The notes under the pieces were generated by a model that was given only the letters and a program-made list of their open reading frames with translations, made no database searches and had not been told where the DNA came from. A stretch of DNA of 64,000 bases from Octopus bimaculoides (lineage: Eukaryota). The DNA lies in NCBI RefSeq assembly GCF_001194135.2, contig NC_069001.1, positions 24,392,957 through 24,456,956 of the forward strand, in the 5' to 3' direction. The translations under genes were made by a program, and so were the position numbers. The stretch's first letter is position 1; every line of letters begins with the position of its first letter. This document shows positions 38,440 to 51,590 of the stretch, piece by piece.

Positions 38440-39397
38440 ATTGTGAGCACATTGGCTGAAATGCTTAGAGGCATTTCATTCATATTCATGTTTTGAGTTT
38501 AAATATCACCGAGATGAACTTTGCCCTTCATCCATTTGGAATTGACAAAGGAAGTACCAGTTGAGCACTGGGGGGTTGATGTAATTAATGTTCTCCCTGC
38601 CCCCCAAAAAACTTGCTGGCCTTGTGCCAAAATTTGAAGCCAATATTTGCTTACATGCTTATGTTCTGTTTCCAGTTTCTGTTCAGATCAAATTTATATT
38701 TCATTCTTCAGCATTTCAATAAACTAAAGTACTAATTGAAATTCTGGTCACTTTTTGATAAAATTGATGTAGAATATCTTGGACATTTACTGAGTGTGTC
38801 CATTATTTTACTGAAGATATTTGTTAGGAGTATTATTTGAGAGTGATTTGTTCTTCTATTTCTAACAAACCAATTAACCACCAAGAAGTCCTTTATTTCT
38901 CGCTCCAGTGTCACATTAAAAGCTCCCAGCATATACTGTGAAGTGGTTGGCATTAGGAAGGGCATCCAGCCGTTGGGACCAAGCTAAATCAGACTGGAAC
39001 CTGGTGCACCCCCTCCAGCCTGCCAGCCCTGGTCAAACCGTCCAACCCATACCAGCATGGAAAATGGCTATTAAAGGATGATGATGATGATGATGAAGGC
39101 TCAAGGAATTTGACCTTAATAAAACCCCTACAAATTACATCAGTCTCTCTCTCTTTTTACTCTTTCATTTGTTTCAGTCATTTGACTGCAGCCATACTGG
39201 AGCATCACCTTTAGTCAAGCAAATCGACCCCAGGAGACTTATTCTTTGTAAGCCTAGTACTTATTCTATTGGTCTCTTTTTGCCGAACTGCTAAGTTACA
39301 GAGGCATAAACACACCAGCATCAGTTGTCAAGCGATGGTGGTGGTGGTGGTGGGGAACAAACACAGACACACACGCATACACACACACACACACACG

Positions 39398-39437
<40 letters not shown>

Positions 39438-39735
39438 NNNNNNNNNNNNNNNNNNNNNNNNNNNNNNNNNNNNNNNNNNNNNNNNNNNNNNNNNNNNNNN
39501 NNNNNNNNNNNNNNNNNNNNNNNNNNNNNNNNNNNNNNNNNNNNNNNNNNNNNNNNNNNNNNNNNNNNNCATGATGGGCTTCTTTTTAGTTTCCGTCTAC
39601 CAAATTCACTCACAAGGCTTTGGTCGGCCCAAAGCTATAGTAGAAGACACTTGCCGAAGGTGCCACGCGGTGGGACTGAACCCAGAACCATGTGGTTGGT
39701 AAGCAAGCTACTTACCACACAGCCACTCCTGCGAC
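38440..39735. mobile_element. Meta-like SINE (38440-38645 plus), family D 3' end (38900-39095 plus), family A SINE (39155-39735 minus, spanning a gap)
   Basis: Similarity to the other copies. Confidence 0.75.
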
Positions 39736-39814
39736 TGTGAAATTCTACAAAACATCATTTTCCCCTCTCTGTCTGTTAATCATCTGTCTGTTTGTCTGCT
39801 TGTCATTGCTGTCT

Positions 39815-40050
39815 GACAGGTTTATGATCAAGCCTGTGGAAGTGGAGACCTCCTGCATTTTCGACTCCCAGACCATATCCCTGCTCACTGCAATCAAGGC
39901 AGAGATGGATGTTCACCAAGTGTGAGCCCTGCAAGTCAGAGTAGGTATTCCAGTGCATCTCCCACACCTTTCTCTGGGACAACACCTTTTCCATTTTGTC
40001 TGCTGGGACCATGAGGGAGTCTGAATCACAGGAAATCACAAGAATATAAG
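39815..40050 (+). mobile_element. Degenerate CRE-like non-LTR retrotransposon 3' end (RLE C-terminus)
   Basis: FMIKPVEVETSCIFDSQTISLL, then after a frameshift EPCKSE*VFQCISHTFLWDNTFSILSAG; compare F.P.AVET.G.FG..GEPRES.WLFQR.S.A..RGNA.SIL. Confidence 0.65.
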
Positions 40051-40834
40051 AATTCCATAGCTTACTACACGAACAAGATGTCAGTGAGAAAAGCAAGAAA
40101 AAAATCTAATGCTGCTTTGAAACAGATTAAGAAACGACTATGAAAATGGTGATACATTTTAACCAATTCTCCTTGTTCCACTTAATTTTGTTTTACCATA
40201 GATAAATACCTGAACATCATTCATTTCAACAATTTATCTGTCCTTATCACTAAATACATAGTTTTGTTCCTTCACAAATTTTTATTATTAATTCTGTGGT
40301 TTGCTCTTTAATTATTCATTTCTAGGCCAATAATATTACATTTGTCTCCACCTGCCAACCATGTGTGAAAACAAGTCGGCAGTGCCAAACCGAAAGCCAG
40401 GAATAACTATCTAACAAATGCCAATGTGGAACGAATCGTGTAAAATGGCATTATTAAGACTATTAGTAACGATGTAGCGGAGGGGGTCGGTGGTGATAAT
40501 AATAGAGTTATAATAATGATAATAATAATAATCGTTGTGGTTGGTATCCATGGGGGCATTGATAGTCGTAATAATGGGAATATTAAAATTGGAGATAGTT
40601 GCTGTACAATGGTACTCCAGTATGGCCACACTTTAATAGGTGGAAAGAAAACTATAAAAGCATAATGGTAACGGTGTTGTTGTTGTTATTGTAGTGGTGG
40701 TGTCATTGGGAGATTTTATAGTAACAAGAGAAATATTACTGTTTGTGACAGTGGTTGTATAGTTGGTGTTGCTGGTGATGGTAGTAGCAGTAGCAGCAGC
40801 AGCAGCAGTGGTTGTAGTAGTAGTCGTAGTAGTG

Positions 40835-40866
<32 letters not shown>

Positions 40867-41004
40867 GATGGTGATGGTGGTGGCAGGGGCAGAGTTGGTA
40901 ATGGTAGTTGTAGTAATTGTACCAGCAGCAGCAGCATCAGTAGTAGTAGTGGTGGTGGTGGTGGTGGTAGTAGAAATGACTGTATTCTTAACGTTGGTTT
41001 AACA

Positions 41005-41470
41005 TTGGTTTCAAATTTCGGCACAAGGCCAGCAATTTTCGGTGGGAGAGGGTAGGTTGAGGATATCGACCCCAGTGCTCAACTGGTACTTATTTTATCA
41101 AACCCGAACGGATAAATGAAAGGCAAAGTTGACCTTGGCAAAATTTGAATTCAGAACGCAATGGCACTAGCGTAGCTGGGATNNNNNNNNNNNNNNNNNN
41201 NNNNNNNNNNNNNNNNNNNNNNNNNNNNNNNNNNNNNNNNNNNNNNNNNNNNNNNNNNNNNNNNNNNNNNNNNNNNNNNNNNNNNNNNNNNNNNNNNNNN
41301 NNNNNNNNNNNNNNNNNNNNNNGTAGGAGTGGTACTTTTTGGTCTGCTGTAGGTAATATGTGTTTTTTGTGGGGTCCAAGGCAGCAGATGGAAGGGCCGC
41401 CCCAGGCAGCATACACTCTAGCCACGCTGGTGCGTAATGGCAATTAAAATGCTGTTAAGCACTTTGCCCA
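41005..41470 (-). mobile_element. Meta-like SINE interrupted by a hAT MITE
   Basis: SINE core at 41005-41160; its head resumes after 41440. Confidence 0.7.
41165..41432. mobile_element. hAT-type MITE (interior partly in a gap)
   Basis: TIRs cactagcgtagct and agccacgctggtg; 8-bp TSD cgcaatgg (41157-41164) and cgtaatgg (41433-41440). Confidence 0.7.
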
Positions 41471-41679
41471 GTAAAAAAACGATGCTGCTGCCCTAATTGA
41501 TGGTTTACTATTGAGGATGGTGGTAGTGGTAGGGGGTTGATGCTAGTCAATTTGATTGTGGTAGTGGTAGTGGTGGTAGTGTCAGAGATTCTGCTTGATG
41601 TATCTGACTCATCTGTCTTTTATTTTTTCTCGTTGATGCAATGTGTCTAAAACTACCTTGGTCATGGAATGTCCTAAGT

Positions 41680-42135
41680 ACCATTGTATCACCATTTCAT
41701 CTGTTTTTATGTTCTGAGTTCAAATTTCAACAAAGCGGGCCTCACCCTTCATCCTTTCAGAATTGATAAGATAAGTACCAGTGATGCACTGGGGTCAATG
41801 TAATCAACTGACATCCTCTCCTGATCTTGTTGGCTTTCAATGAGCTGACAGAACCCTTAGCATGCTGGGTAAAATGGTTTCAAATTTTAGCCTTGAAATC
41901 AATATTAGAAATAAAGTTGAGGTGTTGAGGTGGCAGAATGGTTAGCATGTTGGGCAAAATGCGGAGTGGCATTTCATCTGTGTTTTGAGTTCAAATTTCA
42001 CCAAGGCTGACTTTACTTTTCATTGTTTCAGGGTCGATAAAATAAGTACCAGCTGGATAGAGGGGTTGATGTAATTGACTCATTTCCTCCTCAGAAATTG
42101 CTGGCTTTGTGCTAAAATCCAAAACCAATATTAGA
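41680..42135 (+). mobile_element. Meta-like SINE copies
   Basis: Two cores (41700-41830 and 41925-42135). Confidence 0.7.
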
Positions 42136-42384
42136 AATAAAGCTAGCAGCAATACATGTTGGCGAGGGTAATGACAGGGACCCACAGAATGAAGGGTGGG
42201 CATGGGGGAAGGAGACCTCAAACTGTGCACTGAAAATAACTGCATGCATTAATGTGTCTCAGCTCTTTCAACTTTCTTTCTTTCTTTTCCTTTATGTCTT
42301 CTGCCATCCTCTCTGCTTTTACACAATTACACATACATGCATGCACCTATATTTGCACGCACACACACACACACATGTATATTA

Positions 42385-42775
42385 TCATCATCATCATCAT
42401 CATCATTTAACGTCCGCTTTCCATGCTAGCATGGGTTGGACGATTTGACTGCGGACTGGTGATCCAGATGGCTACACCTGACTCCAATCTGATCTGGCAG
42501 AGTTTCTACAGCAGGATGCCCTTCCTAACGCCAACCACTCAGAGAGTGTAGTGGGTACTTTTTACGTGCCACCAGCACGAGGTCCAGTCCGGCGGTACTG
42601 GTAACGGCCACACTCAAATGGTGTTTTTTACGTGCCACCTGCACAGGAGTCAATCCAATGTTTTGTTCACATGCCACTGGCACAAGTGCCAGTAAGGTGG
42701 AACTGGAAACGATCACGTTCAAATGGTGCTTTTTACGTGCCACAGGCACAGAAGCGAGACTGCTGTTCTGGCAAC
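42385..42775 (-). mobile_element. Family D RTE-tailed element
   Basis: (CAT)n, RTE tail and internal tandem units. Confidence 0.85.
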
Positions 42776-42798
42776 GGTATACACACACACACATACAT

Positions 42799-42844
<46 letters not shown>

Positions 42845-45316
42845 GCATACATATACACACATGTACATACATACACCCACACACACATATGCACACACAT
42901 ACACACCACCACACACATGCATATACATACACACACAAAGTATACATAAGGCTGTCTGCATCATTCAGTCTACGCAAAACGGTGCATTCTTTTTGGCAAA
43001 CTCAGAGCCTGGAAACATTATTTTTGCTTTTAATTTGAAGGTCCATTAATTAAAACAGAGTTGTCACTTAATTGGTTCGAATTTGTCGTGATTAGTTATC
43101 TTCTATTCAATAATTGACTATCACATGAAGAACAATTTCAAATTACCCAATATATCAAATAATTAAGGCAAGATAGGAGAGAGGAAGGAAGAAAAAGAAG
43201 AAAGTAGAGGAAGGAACGGGGGAGTAGGGGTTAGGGATAAAGGGAGGGGAAAGGGAAAGAGAGAGAGAAAGAGAGTGAATAAGCTGTGAAGGGGGAGAGA
43301 GAAGGTTATCCTCTTGGCTATTTCACAAGTATTTTTAAAGAAGACTTCTTTCTAATTCAGTGGACAGCTTATTTTCACCTCTGTTCAAATAACCAAAGAT
43401 ATCTCTGGATATTCTCCAATAATGCTTACTATAACTGTGTTAACTTATCTTAAGTGGTTCGGAGAGGTTCAGGGCAAGGAGCGAGGAGGAGGAGGAGGAG
43501 GGAGAAGTAAGGAGGGGCAGAGGGGGAAAGCAAAAAAAAGAAAGACCCCTGTCCCCACCTAAGGCAAATATTTTGCCAACGACCTGATGACATGATGACA
43601 ACGATAAGGATGCTGCTGAAGATGATGATGACGATGATAATAATGATGACGTTGATGATGTTGATGGTGATGGTGATGATGATGAAGTTAATAATGATGA
43701 TTTTGTTAAAAGGGTTAACGCTTATAAAACGTGTCAGGCTGATAACATTGTTTGGCTGTATCTTTAGCAGCCGTCATCATCATCATCATCATCGTTGTCA
43801 TTGTTGTCTCCACCTTCATCATCATTGTCATCGTTATCATCATCACCATTCTCATGAAATTTTTCCTGTTTCTTTTAACCTAAAATAGAATCATCCACAT
43901 CATTGTTATTATCATCATCATCATCATCACCAGTACAACCACACCCACCACCACAACCACGTTGATCACCCCAACCACCTCCACCACCATTATTATAATC
44001 ACAGTTGCTATTATTGTCGTCATTGTCATCATCATCATCATCGTCGTCACCGTCATCATCATTATTATCATTATTCTTATCATCAACATTCCCTGCCAAA
44101 ATGCTGGCATGGGAAAGGCCTTCTCTAATGGTACCCAGGGCCAAATGTAGCTGTTGTTGTTTAGTCTGAAATCAGACTCAATTAAACAGCGTTAGGATCT
44201 AAATCATTATAGTAGCAGTGACCATCATGTAATTTGTTTTTGTTCATTTCCATAATCAGCATTCAGTTTTGAAGGTAGTGGAGATTTCAAAGAGATTTGG
44301 CTGCTGTTTCTAGCAGATCAAATAACCAGTTTGACCTTCCCATAATTGTCTTGATTGAGAACTTTGTTTCTGACCGAAACGAGCGACTTAGAGAGAGAGA
44401 GAGAGAGGGAGAGGGAGAGGCGGAGAGAGAGAGAGAGAGAAGGAGAGAGAGGTAGAGATAGAGAGAGTAACAAGGTTGGAGAGAATGAAAGCTCCTCTCT
44501 GGACTTAAGCATAATCCTAACTGTAAACGCTAAGCTGTATTATATGCTCGCATGTTTTTGGCTTTCACTAGCAAAGGGGCCACATGGTCAGCAGCTCAAG
44601 TGTCTGGCAATAAAAAAAGGGAACAAGACAACAAGTATAGATAAGGAGCTGTTTTATCCCAAAGCCAGCACTTTACCAGAAAGAAATTTTCCCAAAATGG
44701 AAAATATTTTGTCACAGTGTGAACCTGACTCAATAAACACTGAAACTCAATGATTTCTAAATGTCTCTCACACATGGTGCACTTTAGAGTGGATAAAATG
44801 CATTATATGCAAGAAAAAAAGTTGAAAAAAATTTAATGTAGAAAAAAAACTAGAGGGTTTTTATGCATTTCACTCTATAAATATATTTTATTTGGAAGTC
44901 GTACTTGTGTAGCAAATGGTTTGACCTGAGGCTATGTGTAGAAACTGAAGCAATTACATTATGAAAGAGCCACTTTAGCCAAGTAAAAACACAGAAAAAA
45001 AATAAATGATTTCATACAATGGCTCTTATGAGTATTTAGATGGCTAAAATGTTACTTCTGTGATGTAATGGGTATAAATAATTTCAAGTGAAGAAAATCA
45101 TTAATAACTTATTCTCTCACTAAACGAAGCATAATTATCATGACTTTATATTCAGAATTTCAGTTTGCAGTTTTGTATTCTTTAAATAAAATCGCATTAT
45201 TCTGTTGTGTCTGGGGAGAGTCATTTTCTTTTCGCATTACTTTTGCCAGTAAACCTTGCTGCACCCTTCATTACAACCCTGGGCTGTAGCATCTCATTTG
45301 GGTTTCACTGGCTTGA

Positions 45317-45540
45317 CCCTTTAGTATTCAGATCACTCTGTCAAATATAATGTTTGTTTATTTAAATTGCTTTGAATTAATCATGCATTATCTTGTAGAT
45401 TAGAGAGTTCAATGATGTAAGTGTTTAGTTTTAGAATGACATTGCAGGGTAGGAGTGAGAGGCCAGATCTAGCCAGTTTCAATGTAAAGCATGTTAAATA
45501 TTCTGGCCAGATAAATATGGCCTATTTGAATGTGAAAGGG
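45317..45540. mobile_element. piggyBac-type MITE
   Basis: TTGA|ccctttagtattca and tgaatgtgaaaggg|TTAA termini. Confidence 0.55.
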
Positions 45541-45587
45541 TTAAAATGAATCCTGGATTATTTATAGAAGGATTTCATAAGCTTTGC

Positions 45588-46222
45588 TGTATGGTGAGAA
45601 GTTTACTTCCTAACCATCTGTGTGGTGTGTGTGTGGCATATTTGTTGTGTGTGTGGTGTGTGTGAGTGTGTGAGTGTGTGTTTGTATTAGTGTGTTAGTG
45701 TGTTTGTCCTCTCATAGTTTGATGACTGGTGCTAGTTTGTTTACATCCCTGTAACCTAGCAGTTTGGCAAAAGTGACTGATAGACTTTAAAAAATATATA
45801 TACTTGGGCTGATTTGTTTGACTAAAACCCTTCAAGGCAATGCTCCAGCATGCCCATGGCCCAGTGACTGAAACAAATAAAAGAGGATAAAAGATATGAA
45901 ATGGTAAACAAGATTGCGGAATATCAAATTAAAAGTATTGAATAACATTTCTGTTAACATTTGTTTTGAAAGTATGAAAGTAGTCATTTGGCAGAAAAAT
46001 GGCCTCGTGGAACATGTTTTAATTATTCTTTTAATTGTTTTTATTCTTTTACTTGTTTCAGTCATCCAACTGTGGTCATGCTGGAGCACAGCACTTTTTT
46101 TTAAAGCCTAGTACTTATTCTATCGGTCTATTTTGCCAAACTGCTAAGTTACAGAGACGTAAACACACCAACATTGGTTGTCAAACGGTGATAAGGGGAT
46201 AAACACAGACACAAAGACACAC
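45588..46222. mobile_element. Family A SINE remnants (45588-45900 plus; 46040-46222 minus)
   Basis: Similarity to family A. Confidence 0.65.
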
Positions 46223-46838
46223 ATGAGTTCAAATCCTGCTGTAGTCAACTTTGCCTTTCATCCTTTCATCCTTCTATAAATAAACATACCAGTCTAAGAT
46301 TGTTGATTAACAGAATTTGGAAAGCCTTGACCATTTGACCATGGAACAGGTAGTAATGGTTTATATTATAGTAGTAACAGGTCTCATCANNNNNNNNNNG
46401 GTAGTAATGGATTACCTTATAGTAGTAACAGGTCTCATCAGCCCTTGATGAGATCTTTGACCTGACTGTGCACCTTGTAATTTCAGTTCTGGTGCAGTGC
46501 TTATTAGGACACTAGTGTCAAGCTGTACCTGTTCCACCTTTCCCTCAGAAAACATTAGAGGCATGGAAGAGGGAAACTTACACACATGTGCAAATGTAGG
46601 GTCTTCATAAACGACCCCCTTGACCTAGCTTTTAAATTAGAGAGGTGCTTTGCAGGTGCTGATCTATGATCTCATAATACATGCAAGGATTTGGCAGTGT
46701 TGGTAAGAGCATTAGACAAAATGTACCTCGGCATTGGTTTCAACATTCTATACTCTGAGTTTCTGAGTTCAAATCTTACCCAAGGGCACATTTGCTTTTA
46801 AGGTGCCAAGCTGGCATAATTGTCAGCATATTGGGCAG

Positions 46839-47910
46839 AAAGTGCTTACCAGCATTTCATTCATTTTTATGTTCTGAGCTCAAATTCTGCCAAGTTTGAC
46901 TTAGCTTTTCAAAGTGCTTACCAACATTTCATTCATTTTTATGTTCTGAGCTCAAATTCTGCCAAGTTTGACTTAGCTTTTCAAAGTGCTTACCAACATT
47001 TCATTCATTTTTATGTTCTNNNNNNNNNNNNNNNNNNNNNNNNNNNNNNNNNNNNNNNNNNNNNNNNNNNNNNNNNNNNNNNNNNNNNNNNNNNNNNNNN
47101 NNNNNNNNNNNNNNNNNNNNNNNNNNNNNNNNNNNNNNNNNNNNNNNNNNNNNNNNNNNNNNNNNNNNNNNNNNNNNNNNNNNNNNNNNNNNNNNNNNNN
47201 NNNNNNNNNNNNNNNNNNNNNNNNNNNNNNNNNNNNNNNNNNNNNNNNNNNNNNNNNNNNNNNNNNNNNNNNNNNNNNNNNNNNNNNNNNNNNNNNNNNN
47301 NNNNNNNNNNNNNNNNNNNNNNNNNNNNNNNNNNNNNNNNNNNNNNNNNNNNNNNNNNNNNNNNNNNNNNNNNNNNNNNNNNNNNNNNNNNNNNNNNNNN
47401 NNNNNNNNNNNNNNNNNNNNNNNNNNNNNNNNNNNNNNNNNNNNNNNNNNNNNNNNNNNNNNNNNNNNNNNNNNNNNNNNNNNNNNNNNNNNNNNNNNNN
47501 NNNNNNNNNNNNNNNNNNNNNNNNNNNNNNNNNNNNNNNNNNNNNNNNNNNNNNNNNNNNNNNNNNNNNNNNNNNNNNNNNNNNNNNNNNNNNNNNNNNN
47601 NNNNNNNNNNNNNNNNNNNNNNNNNNNNNNNNNNNNNNNNNNNNNNNNNNNNNNNNNNNNNNNNNNNNNNNNNNNNNNNNNNNNNNNNNNNNNNNNNNNN
47701 NNNNNNNNNNNNNNNNNNNNNNNNNATGTTCTGAGCTCAAATTCTGCCAAGTTTGACTTAGCTTTTCAAAGTGCTTACCAGCATTTCATTCATTTTTATG
47801 TTCTGAGCTCAAATTCTGCCAAGTTTGACTTAGCTTTTCAAAGTGCTTACCAGCATTTCATTCATTTTTATGTTCTGAGCTCAAATTCTGCCAAGTTTGA
47901 CTTAGCTTTT
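46839..47910 (+). repeat. 72-bp tandem array derived from a Meta-like SINE, spanning a gap
   Basis: Unit aaagtgcttaccagcatttc..ttctgagctcaaattctgccaagtttgacttagcttttc at 46839, 46911 and 46983, and again after the gap; the SINE head precedes it and the SINE tail follows (to ~48015). Confidence 0.9.
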
Positions 47911-48299
47911 CATCCTTTCAGGGGTCAATAAAATACATACCAGTTGAGCACAGGGATTAATGTAATTGACTTGCCCTTCCCCGAAATTTCTGGCTTTGTC
48001 CAAACTTTGAAATCAATACATGCAAGTAGTCTAAGTGTCCAGACTAAAAACCTCCTAATGTCCATTTTGATGTTAATTAATCTGGAATTGATAAAGCTTT
48101 GGTCAGACAAAGAAGCAGAACCTAGAAATATTTTGCAGAGCTCAGAAAGAAGTGATGGTGTGGAGCTAGAGGAAGCAGTTACTCCAGATCAAAGACCTAA
48201 TCTACTTGTTTGCAACAGTATATGTTATACTAAAAGACACCCTAATACTTGGCAGTGGTGTTAAACCTGACAACAGAGTAAATTCTGCCAGTCCAGCAC

Positions 48300-48688
48300 T
48301 GTTGTTGTTGTTGGCACTCCATCGCTTACGACGTCGAGGGTTCCAGTTGATCCAATCAACGGAACAGCCTGCTCATGAAATTAATGTGCAAGTGGCTGAG
48401 CACTCCACAGACACGTGTACCCTTAACGTAGTTCTCGGGAATATTCAGTGTGACACAGTGTGACAAGGCTGACCCTTTGAATTACAGGCACAACAGAAAC
48501 AGGACATAAGAGTGAGAGAAAGTTGTGGTGAAACAGTACAGCAGGGTTCGCCACCATTCCCTGCCGGAGCTTCGTGGAGCTTTAGGTATTTTCGCTCAAT
48601 AAACAATCACAACGCCCAGTCTGAGAATCGAAACCGCGTTCCTATGACCCCGAGTCCGCTGCCCTAACCACTGGGCTATTGCGCCTCC
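48300..48688 (-). mobile_element. tRNA SINE family C2, well preserved
   Basis: Head ggaggcgcaatagcccagtggttagggc..gtttcgattctc; (AAC)n tail. Confidence 0.88.
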
Positions 48689-48859
48689 AGCACATATACA
48701 GATCATCTGACAAGCATCTGCTTAAATTCCCTAACAAGAACTAAGTTAATGAGGTTATAGAAGGAAACACTTGCTCAAGATCTGTGCTGTGCAATTAAAC
48801 CCAGAACTCTTCTTTTACTTTGAGTATCTGTGCATCATGTTGATGTCACTATAATGAAA

Positions 48860-49130
48860 GTCTTCGTAATTAAGCACAAGTTCTCCTCTTGGATGAGGCC
48901 GTAGCATTATTTCCTTCTGAATTTCTCATAGTGTTTTCTTGGCAGAGATATTGAGGTGGTTTAACATTGCCTTTTCCAACTTGGTGGCCACTGGTCCACA
49001 AGGAGCTCATCCGCCCTTTAACAGGTTCTGTTTTTAGTCTTGCTTGGTGTCAAGACATCCTTGCTCACATGGGTAGCAGTCTTTGCATGTAGGAGGGAGC
49101 CAGTTCAGTCGCCAACCCCTCCACCATGGA
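48860..49130 (-). mobile_element. RTE/BovB-like terminal domain fragment
   Basis: Minus strand ggaaaaggcaatgttaaaccacctcaatatctctgccaagaaaac resembles the RTE/BovB terminal motif. Confidence 0.35.
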
Positions 49131-50030
49131 ACACGTAGTCCTTATTTACATTGTACCAGTTGTAGATCTCAACTGTCTCTTATGGGATCACTGATCTGAC
49201 TATAAAACCAAAAATTACATCTTTACAGAATAAAAGTTCTTAAGCACAAGGATATATCGACATCTCATTTCAAGGCCCACATCAACTGAAGGCTATAGTA
49301 GACAACAAAATAATTACCTCACTTACACTACCATTAGTCCTATTGTCTATCTTTATGCTTCCCTTACAAATACAGTCATAGAAGAAACCGTTTTTTGGTG
49401 TTTTACTAATTATGGTTATTATTTCTTGATTGGAAATGAAATAACAAAATTTTACAATTTTTCATATAAAATGAAATTAGATATTAGAAACACTAATTTA
49501 CTCTCTTTTGTCTCAAACTGTTTCCTATAATGCCTAGGAACATTTTTATATTGAATATTTTAGCTGTTCAGTCATTCATAATGTAATTTTTCCTACTTGC
49601 TTTCTAAAAACAAAAAAAAAAAAAAAAATGACTTTTAGACCCGAAGGAAATTTCAAAACTTTTCTCTAAGTTGACCTTTACATGTTTAAGCAAGCTGCAC
49701 ATGCTTTGATAGCTGTTAAATGCAGCAATCATTGCTATTACTGTCATTAAATGCTTCACAATGAAATAAACATAACATTCAAGAAGTAAAATATCTACCT
49801 AGAGCTCTGTATCATTACAGGGTGAGAAGCATGTAGAAGTGTGTTACACTGCATGTGCGTTTGTCTCTAGCAATTGAAGCAATTATGAAGACAATTTTAT
49901 TGTATTTGAATGAATGCTAATATAAGTATATCTATGTATGTAACTGAAACTTTGTGAGCTCTTCTTCTCACCAGTTAATACATTCAATACAGAGTGTATG
50001 AGAAAGATAGAGTTGTTTTTTGATGCATCT

Positions 50031-50069
<39 letters not shown>

Positions 50070-50265
50070 GTGTGCCTGCGTGTTATAGGAGTTATGTTAG
50101 CAGGATTAATTAGGGGGTTTATTGTAGGTTGAAAGGGAGTTATATTAGTGATGGTTTGTCATGGGTTATGTTCATTGGGGTTGTTTTGTGCTGGAAATTC
50201 AGGTTATGAGAAGATTAATAGGTGAATATTGTTTTTGAGTGATGAAATAATTAATTACAATTCTA

Positions 50266-50392
50266 CAGGGTGTCCACAAAGTCTGGGTACATGGAGTAAA
50301 TAAAATCATAACATAAACAATTAAATATAAGAAATAATAATTTCTTAAAGTATGTGTTAATCCCCATGTACCCAGACTTTGTGGACACCCTG
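50266..50392. mobile_element. 127-bp Tc1/mariner-type MITE
   Basis: Perfect 29-bp TIR cagggtgtccacaaagtctgggtacatgg; TA at 50264-50265 and 50393-50394. Confidence 0.9.
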
Positions 50393-50443
50393 TATAATGA
50401 GGTTGTTATTTTTGTTATGTATTTGTGTGTGTGAGTGCATGTG

Positions 50444-50493
<50 letters not shown>

Positions 50494-51557
50494 ATATATA
50501 TATATGTGTGTATGTGTGTATGTGTGTGTATAAATATATATGTATGCATGCGTATTCTTACATGTGTAGTCTTACATGTGTATGTATATGTTTGCATGTA
50601 TGCTTGTATGTATCAATACATATTTATAGGCATGTGGAATGGTGTGCCTGTGTATGTATTTGAGTCACCCCCACTCTCTGTCAAAATTACCTTCACTATT
50701 CAACAAATGGAGATTGATAAAGTAGCTGATTGAGATAATTGCTGAAATTAACATGATCATCTAAAATCCATGAATGTGGTGCCCTAGCATGGCAACACTT
50801 TTATGATTAAAACCATTAACGGACTAAATTCACATGAAACCATAACCCCAAACTCTTATTTACCCTGTATATGATTCAATTATATTAAATTCTCATTTAT
50901 CTTCCACTTTCTCCATCATCATCCTCCTCCACTCTCATAAGTGTTGTTTTCCCAAATTCTTTTAGCTCCATATCAGCATGACTTCCGTATGCCTACATCG
51001 CTACATAGCGTAAGTTCTCTAGATATTTCAATGAAATTGAACTTGCTTCTCATCATCTCAATAGAATATGGTTTACCATTCTTTGCATTCATATCAGCAT
51101 GGGTTTGGCAGGTTTGCTGTAAAAGACAATAATTTTTCCATATATAAATAATGCAATTCAACTCCTTGTCATCATTATAATTTATCACAGAATTTATAAG
51201 CCAATATTTCACTGAAATTCCCAACACTCATTAAATTTTAATCTCTAAAATTATACTTGTAGATTGAACTTCCATGCAGAAGAGTTTTGTCTATTCTTGA
51301 CCAAGCTATTTTGCAAAGTTTATTTGAATAAATTGTTATATACATTGTAACACCCTTCGCGCCACTTATATGTATAATCAGCAATTTGTAAATTTTTGGC
51401 TCTCCATGAAAACCATCAAATATCCTGAACTCTGGAGAATTGGCTGTTCTTTATTTGAAATATATAACTCTAAACTACTGCAGTGTGCAAATTAGGAAGT
51501 CTATTATGGCAGTTTTTAGAAAAATTGGCGGCAAGAGAGAGAGAGAGAGGGAAAGAA

Positions 51558-51590
<33 letters not shown>

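Noticed and set aside
39820-39860. VYDQACGSGDLL resembling the DPACGSG motif of N6-adenine methyltransferases
   Set aside because: No other methyltransferase motifs follow, and a different frame matches a CRE-like RLE end over a longer span.
43215-43256. G-run tract with one ttaggg (G-quadruplex or telomere-like)
   Set aside because: A single unit within an ordinary purine-rich low-complexity stretch.
46425-46460. CUGAUGA within a tctcatca/tgatgaga hairpin
   Set aside because: No GAAA or helix III downstream.
5781-47756. Long ORFs (250-400 aa) in the ORF track
   Set aside because: They consist of N-gap X residues or dinucleotide and trinucleotide repeats.
14109-47910. CRISPR-like interpretation of the 29-, 72- and 117-bp arrays
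   Set aside because: There are no unique spacers and no cas genes, and the context is eukaryotic.
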